Source: Anaerolineae bacterium (lineage in GTDB: Bacteria > Chloroflexota > Anaerolineae > J102). Taken from it: 62,922 bases of DNA. Position 1 is the first letter of the stretch. Each line of letters begins with the position of its first letter. The notes below the pieces were generated by a model that did no database searches, was not told the DNA's origin, and saw nothing but the letters and a program-made list of their open reading frames with translations. A program made the position numbers and the translations under genes. This document shows, piece after piece, positions 1 to 11,370 of the stretch. Where the stretch lies: NCBI GenBank assembly GCA_026991225.1, contig JALXCB010000080.1, positions 1 through 62,922 of the forward strand, read 5' to 3'.

Positions 1-127
1 CGCCAGTGGTCGACCTTCGTCGACCTGTTGCATACGGTGAAAATGGACGGCGGAGGCCGTCCACTGGCCGCAGGCCTGAAGCGCCCGACTTGAGTCGGCT
101 AGTGCGCCCCATTTTTGAAACGCACCC
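1..127. mobile_element. Right part of a GGGTGCGT-TIR MITE (same element as 33525..33738), truncated by the window start
   Basis: Near-identical to 33612..33738; ends in TTGAAACGCACCC (115-127). Confidence 0.85.
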
Positions 128-230
128 CCGCCCCCGGAACCGGTGGCTCTTTCGGGGCGTTTCTGGTATAATATCTCCAAATACCCTTTGAACAAACCTC
201 ATTCCGCAGGGATGAGCGCTGGAGGATTTC

Positions 231-2174
<1,944 letters not shown>

Positions 2175-2178
2175 TGAT

Positions 2179-2280
2179 AGTGTTCAGTAATCAGTGTTCA
2201 GTAATCAGTGTTCAGTAATCAGTCGGACGAAGGAACCACTTCAGCCCCACTGAAAACTGAACACTGAAAACTGAATACTT
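2179..2280. repeat. Inverted heptamer tandem arrays (CAGTAAT/CAGTGTT ... ACTGAAA/ACTGAAC) between convergent ftsH and thrS
   Basis: Read directly; the two arrays can pair into a hairpin. Confidence 0.8.
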
Positions 2281-2296
2281 TCCCCGCGTTATTCCA

Positions 2297-4120
2297 TTAG
2301 ATAGCGACCTTCTTCTCAATCGCCTCCTTCGCCAGGGCGATGAAATCCTCCAGGGACATGGCGCCCAGGCGTTTGCCGTTGCGCAGACGCACATTCACCT
2401 GGCCCGCGTCCATCTCTTTCGCACCCAGCACCAGCATGTAGGGGATCTTTTCGAGCTGGGCGTTGCGGATCTTGGCGTTCATACGGCTGTCGCTGTCATC
2501 CACCTCGACGCGCAGCCCGGCCTCTTTCAACTTCCGGGCGATGTCGTAGGCGTAATCGTTCTGATCGTCGGTGATGGGGATGAGCTTCACCTGCACGGGC
2601 GTAAGCCAGACGGGGAAGGCGCCGCCGTAGTGCTCGATGAGCACGCCGAAGAAGCGTTCCATGCTGCCCATGAGCGCCCGGTGGATCATGTAAGGCCGGT
2701 GGGGCTGGCCGTCCGGGCCGATGAAGGTGAGGTCGAAGCGTTCGGGCAGGTTGAAGTCGAATTGAATCGTGCTGAGCTGCCAGGGGCGCTCCAGCGCGTC
2801 GGTGACGTAGATGTCGATCTTGGGGCCGTAAAACGCGCCGTCGCCCTCGTTGATGTCGTAGGGATGGCCGCTGCGCTTCAGCGCTTCCAACAGCGCGTCC
2901 TCGGCCGCGTCCCACTTGGCTTCCTCGCCCACGCGCTTCTCGGGCCGGGTGCTGAGATAGAGCTGGAAATTCTCGAAGCCGAAGTCCTTGAGCAAGTCGA
3001 TGCTGAAGTTGAGGACCATGTCGATCTCTGCGGGCATCTGGTCGGGCGCGCAGAAGAGATGCGCATCGTCCTGCGTGAACCCGCGCACCCGCGTCAACCC
3101 ATGCAGGGTCCCCGATCGCTCATAGCGATAGACCGTGCCCCACTCCGCCATGCGGATGGGTAGATCGCGATAGGAGCGCACCCGGCTCTTGTAAATTTGC
3201 ACATGGAAGGGACAGTTCATGGGCTTCAGGTAGTATTCCTGATTGTCGATCTCGATGGGCGCGTACATGCTCTCTTTGTAGAAGTCCAGATGCCCGCTGG
3301 TCTCCCACAGCACCGAGCGCCCGATGTGGGGCGTGAACACGAACTCGTAGCCGCCCTCCAGGTGCATTTTCTTGGCGTGCTCCTCCATGAGATAGCGGAT
3401 GAGGCCGCCCTTGGGATGCCAGAGGATGAGACCGCCGCCCACCATTTCGTGGTTCGTACTGAACAGGTCCAGCTCCTTGCCCAGCTTACGATGGTCGCGC
3501 TTTTTGGCCTCTTCCAGCCGCTGGAGATACGCCTTGAGCTGTTTCTTGTTCTTCCAGGCCGTGCCGTAGATGCGCTGAAGCATGGGGCGGTTCTCATCCC
3601 CGCGCCAGTACGCGCCCGCCACATGCAGCAGCTTGAACGCATCGGGCGGGATCTGGCCCGTGTGTTCCACGTGGGGCCCGCGGCACAGGTCCACGAAGCC
3701 ATTGTGCCGGTACACCGATATCTCGGCCGCGCCTTCGATGGGCTCGCCGTTCTCGTCGACCCCGCCCTGCTCCAGTCCGTCGATGAGCTCGAGCTTGTAG
3801 GGCTGGTCCTTGAACAGCTCGCGGGCCTCGTCCGCGGTGACGACGCGCTTCTCGAAGGGGTATTTGGCCGCGATGATCTGGCGCATCCGTTTCTCGATGG
3901 CTTCCAGGTCCTCGGGCGTGAAGGTCTTGAGATTGCCTTCCTCATCCCGGCCCAGGTCGAAATCGTAGTAGAAGCCATCCTTGATGGGCGGGCCGATGGC
4001 CAGCTTGGCCTCGGGATAGCGCTCCAGCACGGCCTGCGCCATGATGTGCGCGGCGGAGTGACGGATCTTGTAGAGTTGTTCGTCGTAATCGTTGTTGTGT
4101 TTTTGTTTGGGAGAACCCAT
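2297..4120 (-). CDS. thrS: Threonine--tRNA ligase (lacks the N-terminal TGS domain)
   Basis: RHSAAH, DLCRGPH, KPMNCP, motif 2 YRYERSG..RVRGFTQDDAH, C-terminal anticodon-binding domain. Confidence 0.97.
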   Translation of the reverse strand: MGSPKQKHNNDYDEQLYKIRHSAAHIMAQAVLERYPEAKLAIGPPIKDGFYYDFDLGRDEEGNLKTFTPEDLEAIEKRMRQIIAAKYPFEKRVVTADEARELFKDQPYKLELIDGLEQGGVDENGEPIEGAAEISVYRHNGFVDLCRGPHVEHTGQIPPDAFKLLHVAGAYWRGDENRPMLQRIYGTAWKNKKQLKAYLQRLEEAKKRDHRKLGKELDLFSTNHEMVGGGLILWHPKGGLIRYLMEEHAKKMHLEGGYEFVFTPHIGRSVLWETSGHLDFYKESMYAPIEIDNQEYYLKPMNCPFHVQIYKSRVRSYRDLPIRMAEWGTVYRYERSGTLHGLTRVRGFTQDDAHLFCAPDQMPAEIDMVLNFSIDLLKDFGFENFQLYLSTRPEKRVGEEAKWDAAEDALLEALKRSGHPYDINEGDGAFYGPKIDIYVTDALERPWQLSTIQFDFNLPERFDLTFIGPDGQPHRPYMIHRALMGSMERFFGVLIEHYGGAFPVWLTPVQVKLIPITDDQNDYAYDIARKLKEAGLRVEVDDSDSRMNAKIRNAQLEKIPYMLVLGAKEMDAGQVNVRLRNGKRLGAMSLEDFIALAKEAIEKKVAI

Positions 4121-4183
4121 AGACGTAAAAGCCTCCAGAGGATTTTGAAATCATCAAAACCGCAGATGAAATGAAATAAGCTG

Positions 4184-4435
4184 TTACTTGAACAGATTAA
4201 CAACAGCTAGAGCAATGATGAATAATGTGAGTCCGAACGAGAATGCTGCCAAAAGGGCGTTCATTCCCACGCGGAAAGGCGTGGTGTTGGTCATTTGCAC
4301 CACGGGTTGTTGTCGGAAATAGGCGCGAATGAGTTGTATCCAGTGAGCCATCTGGAAAACGCTAAAACCGAGAATCCCGGCAACAAACAAACCCAAAAGA
4401 AAGCCGCTTTGGAAAGAATTGAGAGCCGCCCCCAT
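4184..4435 (-). CDS. Small hypothetical membrane protein (2 TM)
   Basis: Strong RBS AGGAGGT at 4441-4447 before ATG 4435; two hydrophobic stretches; AT-richer than its neighbours. Confidence 0.6.
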   Translation of the reverse strand: MGAALNSFQSGFLLGLFVAGILGFSVFQMAHWIQLIRAYFRQQPVVQMTNTTPFRVGMNALLAAFSFGLTLFIIALAVVNLFK

Positions 4436-4480
4436 GATGAACCTCCTTTTTGGGGATAAAAGAAAAGATTCGGACGACAA

Positions 4481-4729
4481 TTAAACTAAACGCATTTTGA
4501 AATCAGGTGTTTTCGGCCTCGGCCACCCGGAGCTGAAGCTCCGGGCTACGAAACGACGCCGGGTGAACCCGGCTTCCTGCGGCGAGCGACCTGCGCCGTA
4601 GCTCCATTTATGGGGCGTCGTTTTTAGCCCGCAGGTGAACCTGCGGGCGGCGGCGCGGCCAGAGAATCGCCTTTCACTGATGATCCAATGCGAACCAAAA
4701 GCCTTGGTTTCAATTTGCTTTCAGTTTAG
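4481..4729. mobile_element. 249-bp REP-rich repeated element (copy 1 of 3)
   Basis: Near-identical to 56212..56460 and 62751..62922; ends (C)TAAACTAAA / TTCAGTTTAG; internal hairpins CCCGGAGC-TGAA-GCTCCGGG and CCCGCAGG-TGAA-CCTGCGGG. Confidence 0.9.
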
Positions 4730-4750
4730 CGAGAAAAGAGGGCGAGAGGG

Positions 4751-4792
4751 TTGACACGGGGTTGGGACGTGTGTATAATAGAACAAATGTTG
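4751..4792 (+). promoter_or_regulatory. Consensus sigma70 promoter with an adjacent LexA (Cheo-type) box-like site
   Basis: TTGACA 4751-4756, 17-bp spacer, TATAAT 4774-4779; GAAC-AAAT-GTTG at 4781-4792 (one mismatch to GAAC-N4-GTTC). Confidence 0.7.
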
Positions 4793-4822
4793 CGTTCTTG
4801 GGATTGCCTATTAGGAGCGATT

Positions 4823-5284
4823 ATGAATCAGACAGAGAAATCCAGCGATCTTAAACGTATTTTTTTTGACAGCCTTGCTCAGCTTGATTTTGTCGACCGT
4901 TTGGACCGCATTTTGGGCGTCTGGTTTCACCGCCGTTGGGGGCGCATTCTGGAACGCTATGGCGTATTGGGTTTGTTCAAAGAGCTGATTCGTACGGCCA
5001 CGGGCCAGAGTTCCTGGCGATTCGCTGTGCCCCGCGATGGCGGGCTTTCGGGATGGGAGATCGAAAAGATGCTGGCCCAATATGGCGTGAGCATCTGGGG
5101 CCGTTGGTTCGACAGCGAAAATCTGTATTTCAACGTCAAGCTCGAGCAGGCCAATTGGGCGGAGTATCTGCTGAAGCGTCGGGGCGTCGCCGTGATGACC
5201 ACGCCTTACAATCCGCTCAACGACCTGTATCCCCAGCGGCATCCGCCGGGAAGCATGCCCACGCCATGGAACGAGCAGAAATAG
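4823..5284 (+). CDS. Hypothetical protein (153 aa)
   Basis: RBS AGGAG 4813-4817, ATG 4823, consensus promoter upstream; no recognisable family. Confidence 0.75.
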   Translation: MNQTEKSSDLKRIFFDSLAQLDFVDRLDRILGVWFHRRWGRILERYGVLGLFKELIRTATGQSSWRFAVPRDGGLSGWEIEKMLAQYGVSIWGRWFDSENLYFNVKLEQANWAEYLLKRRGVAVMTTPYNPLNDLYPQRHPPGSMPTPWNEQK

Positions 5285-5291
5285 CCGGGAA

Positions 5292-5508
5292 GTAACTGTA
5301 AGGTAGTCTGGTTCGGCATCGAAAATGCCTTGCCACGAAGGCTTGAAGGGACGAAGACAATGTAGGTTTGCAGGTTTGCACGTCGCAAGTGGCAAGTCTT
5401 TCTGGCTACGGCGTTTTCACCTGCCACTTGCAACCTGCCACCCGCCACTTTTTCTCCTTCGTGTCGTCGTGTCTTCGTGGTTTTCGACCTTGCTACGTTA
5501 GTAGTTGC
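5292..5508. mobile_element. GTAACT-TIR MITE with 8-bp TSD
   Basis: Ends GTAACTGTAAG / TTAGTAGTTGC; TSD GCCGGGAA at 5284-5291 and 5509-5516; heptamer GCAAGT/GCCACCT cargo. Confidence 0.85.
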
Positions 5509-5516
5509 GCCGGGAA

Positions 5517-5757
5517 ACAAAAAACGCCGTCGTCCCAAGGGACGCGGCGTCGCGCGGTTCCACCCTCGTTGACCGACCGCAGTCGGCCCACTCGACGGAT
5601 TGATAACGGCTTCCAGCCGGGAGAAGTTACTGGCCCGAGGCGTTCCCTTCTCCGCTCCCGAGGGGTTTTCACAGGCCCGATGCGATGGAGGCTTCCAGCC
5701 GCGACCCCCATTCTCTGGCGCTCAGACGACCTGCTACTCGTCTCGGTCGACGCTTTC
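5517..5757 (-). ncRNA. T-box riboswitch, probable Thr (ACC) specifier
   Basis: Minus strand shows AGTA, AGAGA and GGCTGGAA stem-I motifs, GAAA-ACC specifier (5664-5666), antiterminator GGGTGGAACCGCG and a GC terminator hairpin followed by a U-tract. Confidence 0.9.
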
Positions 5758-5779
5758 ATGCTATCACTTGACAGAATCT

Positions 5780-5808
5780 ATTGTAGCACCATGTCCATGC
5801 GCTGTCAA
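5780..5808 (-). promoter_or_regulatory. sigma70 promoter of the T-box leader
   Basis: Minus strand TTGACA (5803-5808), 17 bp, TG-N-TACAAT (5780-5785). Confidence 0.75.
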
Positions 5809-5811
5809 CAG

Positions 5812-5848
5812 AGAACCCCGCGGGCCAGTGGTTGCCTGCGGGGTTCTG
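5812..5848 (-). terminator. Hairpin downstream of tRNA-Val
   Basis: AGAACCCCGCGGGC...GCCTGCGGGGTTCT inverted repeat. Confidence 0.55.
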
Positions 5849-5850
5849 CG

Positions 5851-5927
5851 TGGTGGGCGGTACAAGACTTGAACTTGTGACCTCCACGATGTCAACGTGG
5901 CGCTCTAGCCAACTGAGCTAACCGCCC
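5851..5927 (-). tRNA. tRNA-Val (GAC)
   Basis: GGGCGGTTAGCTCAGTTGG...CCACG-TT-GAC-AT-CGTGG...GTTCAAGT...ACCGCCCACCA; encoded CCA. Confidence 0.97.
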
Positions 5928-5974
5928 TTGCGATTTGAAATTATACCAAAATCGGGCCGCGGATGCCAAATCAT

Positions 5975-6177
5975 GCAGGCGACACGAGCAGCAACTCGCC
6001 CATACCAATGAAAATGCTTCGCGGCCAGGGCGGCGCGGGAAGCCAAGCACGTAATGCGTAATCCGTGATGCGTAAGGTTCTCACGTTTCACGTTTTCACG
6101 CATCACGCCCGTGGCAGACTCGGCCAACGTCGCCTTGGCGATCCTCAATCCTGATCCGAATCCTATTTTCAAAGCAG
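5975..6177 (-). repeat. Dispersed repeat family B (AGGATT hexamers + CGTGAAA/ACGCATT heptamers)
   Basis: Related copies at ~8125-8266, 13108-13265, 22565-22770, 32226-32320, 47923-48123, 49737-49900, 54225-54337, 60815-60958. Confidence 0.8.
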
Positions 6178-6268
6178 AAGAGACCGATGCACTGGTTGCG
6201 CTGAAAATGATCTTGCGATACAATAAGCGTACGTTTCTATCAGAACCAACGTACGCACTGAGGCGATC

Positions 6269-6493
6269 ATGATAAGTCCCACCGAACTCCGGAAAAACAT
6301 TTACAAAATCCTGGATCAGGTGCTCGAAACCGGGCAGCCGGTCGAGATCAAACGACGGGGAAGCGTGCTTCGCATTGTTCCGGCGGAGCCGGTGGACAGA
6401 TTTCAACGACTGGCGTCCCGCCCAGAGATCATCAAAGGCGATCCGGAAGAGCTGGTGCATCTCGAATGGGAGGTCGATCTTGATCTACCTTGA
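6269..6493 (+). CDS. Phd/YefM-family antitoxin
   Basis: SPTELRKNIYKILDQVLETGQPVEIKRRG pattern; overlaps the PIN toxin start. Confidence 0.88.
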   Translation: MISPTELRKNIYKILDQVLETGQPVEIKRRGSVLRIVPAEPVDRFQRLASRPEIIKGDPEELVHLEWEVDLDLP

Positions 6494-6857
6494 CACCCAT
6501 GTCGTGATCTGGCTTTACGCGGGCCTGGAGGAGAAGTTTAGCCAACAAGCCCGGGCCCTCATCAACCAACACGACCTCCTCATCTCCCCCATCGTGCGCC
6601 TGGAGGTGCAATATCTGTATGAAGTCGGCCGCATCACCGTCGATGCTCGGGCCATCATCGATGATTTGGAGGAGCGCATTGGGTTGCAGATCTGTGATGC
6701 GCCCTTTGATCAGGTTGTCTCTCGCTCCATGGCCCTCTCATGGACACGCGACCCTTTCGACCGGTTGATTGTGGCCCAGGCGCAGGTGGGGTGGAAACCG
6801 CTTCTGACCAAAGACGAAACCATCCGAAGCCACTTTCCCAACGCCATCTGGCCATAG
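6480..6857 (+). CDS. vapC: VapC/PIN-domain toxin
   Basis: IYLDTHVVIW, ISPIVRLE, RDPFDRLIVAQA, LLTKD PIN motifs; TTG start at 6480. Confidence 0.9.
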   Translation: MIYLDTHVVIWLYAGLEEKFSQQARALINQHDLLISPIVRLEVQYLYEVGRITVDARAIIDDLEERIGLQICDAPFDQVVSRSMALSWTRDPFDRLIVAQAQVGWKPLLTKDETIRSHFPNAIWP

Positions 6858-6924
6858 GGATGTCTCTCCCGGTCTACGGGTCTACCGGTTTCCCGGTTTA
6901 CCGTGATTTTCAGCGCCCAAGGCA

Positions 6925-7045
6925 GGGTGCGTCCCAACTTTTTGGCAAGACCTCCGGGAGGTGGCGTCAAACGCTTCATTTTGACCCAAACCCTGTTGCC
7001 ACCTCCCGGAGGTCGTCTACGGCGCCAATTTTCTGGGACGCACCC
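6925..7045. mobile_element. 121-bp GGGTGCGT-TIR MITE with 9-bp TSD
   Basis: TIR GGGTGCGTCCCA / TGGGACGCACCC; TSD CCCAAGGCA at 6916-6924 and 7046-7054; internal inverted repeat GACCTCCGGGAGGTGGC. Confidence 0.88.
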
Positions 7046-7096
7046 CCCAAGGCATCGGCGAGCGCTCTCCGACCCAACCCGTGTTATAATACTCCC

Positions 7097-8122
7097 ATGC
7101 ACTCTTCTTCCAACCCCGCCATCCTCGCCGACCGCTTCAAAACCCTCTACTACGACCCCGACCAGGACGCGGTCATCCTTCTCAACCGCGCCAAATACCC
7201 CCACGAAACCGAATATGTGGCCTGCCGCACGGTGGAAGACGTGGCCCGGGCCATCGAAGACATGATCGTCCAGGGCGGGCCGCCTCTGGCCTACGCCGCG
7301 GGCCTGGGCATGGCCCTGGCCCAGCCCGATTCATCGGGCTTTCGAGCCGCTTTCAAGCGGCTTATCGCCACCCGCCCCACCGCAGACGACCTCCACCACA
7401 TCCTGCCCGAGGCCCTGAAGCGGGCCCTGGCCGCCCTCGACGCAGGCCGCGATCCCAAACAAGCCGTGCTTGACTATGTCAACCGCGAGATCGAACGGGG
7501 TAATCGGGTGAGCCAACGATGCGGGGAACACGCGGCGGAATTATTGGAGGACGGTGACCGCGTGCTCACCCACTGCATCGCCGGCGCCGCCCTCTGCTGG
7601 ATGCTGTGGATTGCGAAGCAGCAGGGCAAAACCATCCACCTCATCGCCACCGAGACTCGCCCCTATCTGCAAGGCGCCCGCCTCACCGCCCAATGCGCCA
7701 AAGAACTGGGCGTCGAGGTCACCGTCATCACCGACGGCATGCCCGCCCACCTCATGAGCCAGGGCATGATCGACACATTCATCTGCGCCGCCGACCGCAT
7801 CACCCTGGACGGCCACATCACCAACAAAGTGGGCACCTTCCAGATCGCCATCGCCGCCCACTACCACGGCATCCCCTTCTACGTCCTGGGCTACGACGGC
7901 CCCGACCCCCACACCGAGAGCGCGGACGGCATTGAGATCGAATGGCGGGATGGGGGGGAAGTGCTCCACTGCGCGGGCCAGCGCACCGCGGTCGAGGGAG
8001 CAAAAGCCCTCTACCCCGCTTTCGACATCACCCCGCCTCACCTCATCACCGCCATCGTCACCGATCGCGGCGTCTACCCGCCCACCCTCATCCGCCGCTA
8101 CTGGTCTCAAGATCAACGATGA
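7097..8122 (+). CDS. mtnA: S-methyl-5-thioribose-1-phosphate isomerase (eIF-2B family)
   Basis: TRPTA, LTHC, ETRPYLQGARLT, ADRI..DG..NKVGT and PAFDITP motifs. Confidence 0.88.
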   Translation: MHSSSNPAILADRFKTLYYDPDQDAVILLNRAKYPHETEYVACRTVEDVARAIEDMIVQGGPPLAYAAGLGMALAQPDSSGFRAAFKRLIATRPTADDLHHILPEALKRALAALDAGRDPKQAVLDYVNREIERGNRVSQRCGEHAAELLEDGDRVLTHCIAGAALCWMLWIAKQQGKTIHLIATETRPYLQGARLTAQCAKELGVEVTVITDGMPAHLMSQGMIDTFICAADRITLDGHITNKVGTFQIAIAAHYHGIPFYVLGYDGPDPHTESADGIEIEWRDGGEVLHCAGQRTAVEGAKALYPAFDITPPHLITAIVTDRGVYPPTLIRRYWSQDQR

Positions 8123-8393
8123 AGAAGCTTGCCAGCCAGATTGGCGCGGGAAGCCAGATCCGTAATGCGTAATTCGTGATGCGTAAGGTGCTCACGTTTC
8201 ACGTTTTCACGCATCACGCCCGTTGCAGATTCGTCCAACGTGGACCTAACGATCCTCAATCCTGATACGAGAACGCAGATTCACATCAGATACAACGCTG
8301 ATCCCCGCAGGTAATCTTTAGTCTTCAATCATTTTCCCTTTGCGCCCTTTGCGTCTTTGCGTGAGACCAATCCTCAAAACAGGAGACTTTCCC

Positions 8394-9134
8394 ATGGCCC
8401 GAAAACCCCAATCCCGCGGCAAATGCGCCTATTGTGGCAAAGAATACAGCAAAGCGGGCATGACCCGCCATCTCAAAACCTGCGCCGCCCGGCAGAAAGC
8501 CATCGCCAAAGCCAACAAGCGCCGCGGTCGCGATATCACCATCTACCATTTGCAGGTGCTGGACGCCACCCCGCCCTACACCCCCTTCCATCAAATGTGG
8601 TCGCCCAACTTCTGGCTGCACCTGGAAATGAAAGGCAACGCCACCCTGTACGATCTGGACCAATATCTGCGGGCCATCTGGCTGGAGTGTTGCGGGCATC
8701 TCAGCGGCTTCGAAATCGGCCCCGTCTTCTACACCCAAATCTTCGACGACGGCATGGGCTGGCGTGAAGAGCGCAGCATGAACGTGCGCGTCGACAAACT
8801 CTTCCGGCCGGGCATGACCATCCCCTACCAGTACGACTTCGGCACGACTTCCGAAGTGATCATCAAAGTCCTGGGCGAGCGACGGGGCAAGCCCATCACC
8901 TCCCATCCCATCGAGCTGATGGCCCGCAACAACATGCCCCAGGTGGCCTGCCAGGTCTGCGGCGAACCCGCCACCGAGCTCTGTTCGGAGTGCCTGTGGG
9001 GCTATGAAGAGCCCTATCTCTTCTGCGAAAAGCACGCGGAAGAGCATGAACATGACGATATGCTGATGCCAATCCTCAACTCGCCCCGCACGGGCCTGTG
9101 CGCCTACCTCGGCCCTGACGAACCGCCATATTGA
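8394..9134 (+). CDS. Cys-rich protein with a pRiA4b ORF3-like domain (putative zinc-binding)
   Basis: CAYC..H..C zinc finger, WLECCGHLS, YQYDFG, C-terminal CxxC clusters, NSPRTGLCAY. Confidence 0.7.
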   Translation: MARKPQSRGKCAYCGKEYSKAGMTRHLKTCAARQKAIAKANKRRGRDITIYHLQVLDATPPYTPFHQMWSPNFWLHLEMKGNATLYDLDQYLRAIWLECCGHLSGFEIGPVFYTQIFDDGMGWREERSMNVRVDKLFRPGMTIPYQYDFGTTSEVIIKVLGERRGKPITSHPIELMARNNMPQVACQVCGEPATELCSECLWGYEEPYLFCEKHAEEHEHDDMLMPILNSPRTGLCAYLGPDEPPY

Positions 9135-9137
9135 TCC

Positions 9138-10685
9138 ATGCCCGACCCCCAGTCTCGTTCACTCCCCCTCGGCCGCCTGGCCGCGGCCCTGCGCCTGCCC
9201 TGCGCCCACCCAGAGATCGCCATCACCCACATCAGCGCCGACTCCCGAAAAATCGGGCCGGGCGGACTGTTCGTCGCTTATCGCGGCGTGCATGTGGACG
9301 GGCATCGCTTCATCCCCCAGGCCATCGCCGCGGGGGCCAGCGCTGTCGTGGGGGAGCAGGCGATGGCGGGGCTTCCCATCCCCTACCTGCGCGTGGGCGA
9401 CGCCCGCCACGCGTTGGGGGTTTTATCCGCGGCCTGGGAGGGCTTTCCCAGTCGCAGGCTGGGCGTCATTGGTGTCACCGGCACCGACGGCAAAACCACC
9501 ACCAGCAACCTCGTCCACAGCATCCTCACCGCGGCGGGGCTGCGCGCGGGCCTGCTCACCACCGTCAACGCCCGCATCGGCGACGACGCCTACGACACCG
9601 GGCTCCACACCACCACCCCCGACGCCCCCGCTCTCCAGGGCTACCTGCGCCGCATGGCCGACGCATCCAGCGATTGGGCTGTGCTGGAAACCACGTCGCA
9701 CGGGCTCAGTCAATGGCGCGTGGCGGGCGTGGATTACGATATCGCCGTGGTCACGAATATCACCCACGAGCATCTCGATGAGCATGGGGATTACGAGGGG
9801 TACCTGCGGGCCAAGGGACGCCTGCTGGAGATGCTCAACTGCGCGCCGCCCAAGCCCGGCATCCCCAAAGCCGCCATCCTCAACGCGGACGACCGTTCTT
9901 TTTCCAGACTGCGCGGCTACCCCGCGCCGCGGCTGCTGACCTACGGCGTGGATGCCGGGGATGTGCGGGCGGAGAACATCCGCCATCGCCCGTCCGGGCT
10001 CAGCTTCGACGCGGTGTGGGAGGGTGGACGTTTGGCCATCGAAACGCCGCTCATGGGCCGATTCAACGTCTACAACAGCCTGGCCGCCATCGCCGCGGCC
10101 CTGGCCATCGGCCTGGATGAGAAAGCCATCCGCCAGGGCCTGGCCCAGGCCCCCGCCATCCCCGGCCGCATGGAGCGCATCGACCGCGGACAGGACTTCA
10201 TCGCCATTGTCGATTTCGCGCATACGCCCTTCGCCCTGGCCGCGGCCCTGGACACCGCGCGGGCGATGACCGATGGCCGGGTGATTGTGGTCTTCGGCTC
10301 CGCCGGCTTGCGGGATGTGGCCAAACGTCGCATGATGGGCGAGGTCGCAGGCCGCCTGGCCGACCTGGCCATCATCACCGCCGAGGACCCCCGCACCGAA
10401 GACCTGGCCGCGATCATGGCGACCAGCGCCCGCGCCTGCGAGGCTGCAGGGGGCGTCGCCATCCAGGTCCCCGACCGCTATCGAGCCATCCAGCGGGCGC
10501 TGGCCGAAGCCCGACCCGGCGACGTGCTCATTATCTGCGGCAAGGGCCACGAGCAATCCATGTGCTTTGGCGAGATCGAATATCCCTGGGATGATCGCGT
10601 CGCCCTGAGCCACGCACTGGAGGTGTATCTGGGCCTGCGGGATGACGGACCGCCATTCATCCTGCCCACCTACGGAGACGATTGA
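9138..10685 (+). CDS. murE: UDP-N-acetylmuramyl-tripeptide synthetase MurE
   Basis: DSR, GVTGTDGKTTT, TTP, ETTSHGL, HLD, GRME, VDFAHTP, GKGHE. Confidence 0.93.
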   Translation: MPDPQSRSLPLGRLAAALRLPCAHPEIAITHISADSRKIGPGGLFVAYRGVHVDGHRFIPQAIAAGASAVVGEQAMAGLPIPYLRVGDARHALGVLSAAWEGFPSRRLGVIGVTGTDGKTTTSNLVHSILTAAGLRAGLLTTVNARIGDDAYDTGLHTTTPDAPALQGYLRRMADASSDWAVLETTSHGLSQWRVAGVDYDIAVVTNITHEHLDEHGDYEGYLRAKGRLLEMLNCAPPKPGIPKAAILNADDRSFSRLRGYPAPRLLTYGVDAGDVRAENIRHRPSGLSFDAVWEGGRLAIETPLMGRFNVYNSLAAIAAALAIGLDEKAIRQGLAQAPAIPGRMERIDRGQDFIAIVDFAHTPFALAAALDTARAMTDGRVIVVFGSAGLRDVAKRRMMGEVAGRLADLAIITAEDPRTEDLAAIMATSARACEAAGGVAIQVPDRYRAIQRALAEARPGDVLIICGKGHEQSMCFGEIEYPWDDRVALSHALEVYLGLRDDGPPFILPTYGDD

Positions 10686-10687
10686 AA

Positions 10688-11210
10688 GTGACTGCTAAGT
10701 GAGCGTCAAAAAATAACTTCCCTTTTTCGCCGCAACACTGGCCGAGTGAACTCGGGCTCTTTAGGCGCAAGCCCCCTCCTTTGCTTCCTCCCCCGCTTCG
10801 AGACGGGCGGGGGAGGAAATAAGGAAGGAGGATTCGATGGCGCCGGAGGTCGCCCTTCGGTGACCCTTTTGTGTGTCGTCGTTTTGGACGGCGGAGGCCG
10901 TCCACTGGCCGCAGGCCTGAAGCGCCCGACTTGAGTCGGTGAGCACAAAAACGGGAACTAATTTCTGGACGCGTACTAAGGCAGCCTGATTCGATCTCGA
11001 AAATGCCTTGCCACGAAGACTCGGCCCCCTCCGACTCCCCCCGAGCTACGCTCAGGGAGAGGGGGCGAAGACAAAGCAGGTTTGCAAGTCGCAAGTGGCA
11101 AGCGCCTCTGGCGGCGAAGTTTTTCACCTGCTACTTGCCGCCTGCCACCTGCCACCTGCCACTTGTCCCCTTCGCTCCTTCGTGGTTTTTGACCTTGCTG
11201 CGTCAGTTAC
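10688..11210. mobile_element. GTAACT-type MITE (8-bp TSD) carrying a nested element at 10700..10975
   Basis: Ends GTGACTGCTAAG / GTCAGTTAC; TSD GATTGAAA at 10680-10687 and 11211-11218; inner insert flanked by duplicated CTAAG (10695-10699, 10976-10980). Confidence 0.85.
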
Positions 11211-11370
11211 GATTGAAAAAGATTTGAGAGCCCAGAAGGGCGATAGAATCATCGGAGAAAGTTCATAAATGGGGCATTTGAGGGAAGATTGTTAAATTGA
11301 AGGCATCTTACAAAGAAAAATTTTCCAAATTTGGGATTTTGTGGCAAAAATGCAATTGTTGGCTGATGAT

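Noticed and set aside
6-191. Small ORFs inside repeats (6..191, 5206..5538, 10657..11127, 33503..33781, 39140..39478, 59913..60185)
   Set aside because: Translations of non-coding MITE sequence; not transposase-like
5851-6857. tRNA-anchored prophage or integrative island around the TA pair
   Set aside because: No integrase, no duplicated tRNA 3' end and no phage genes
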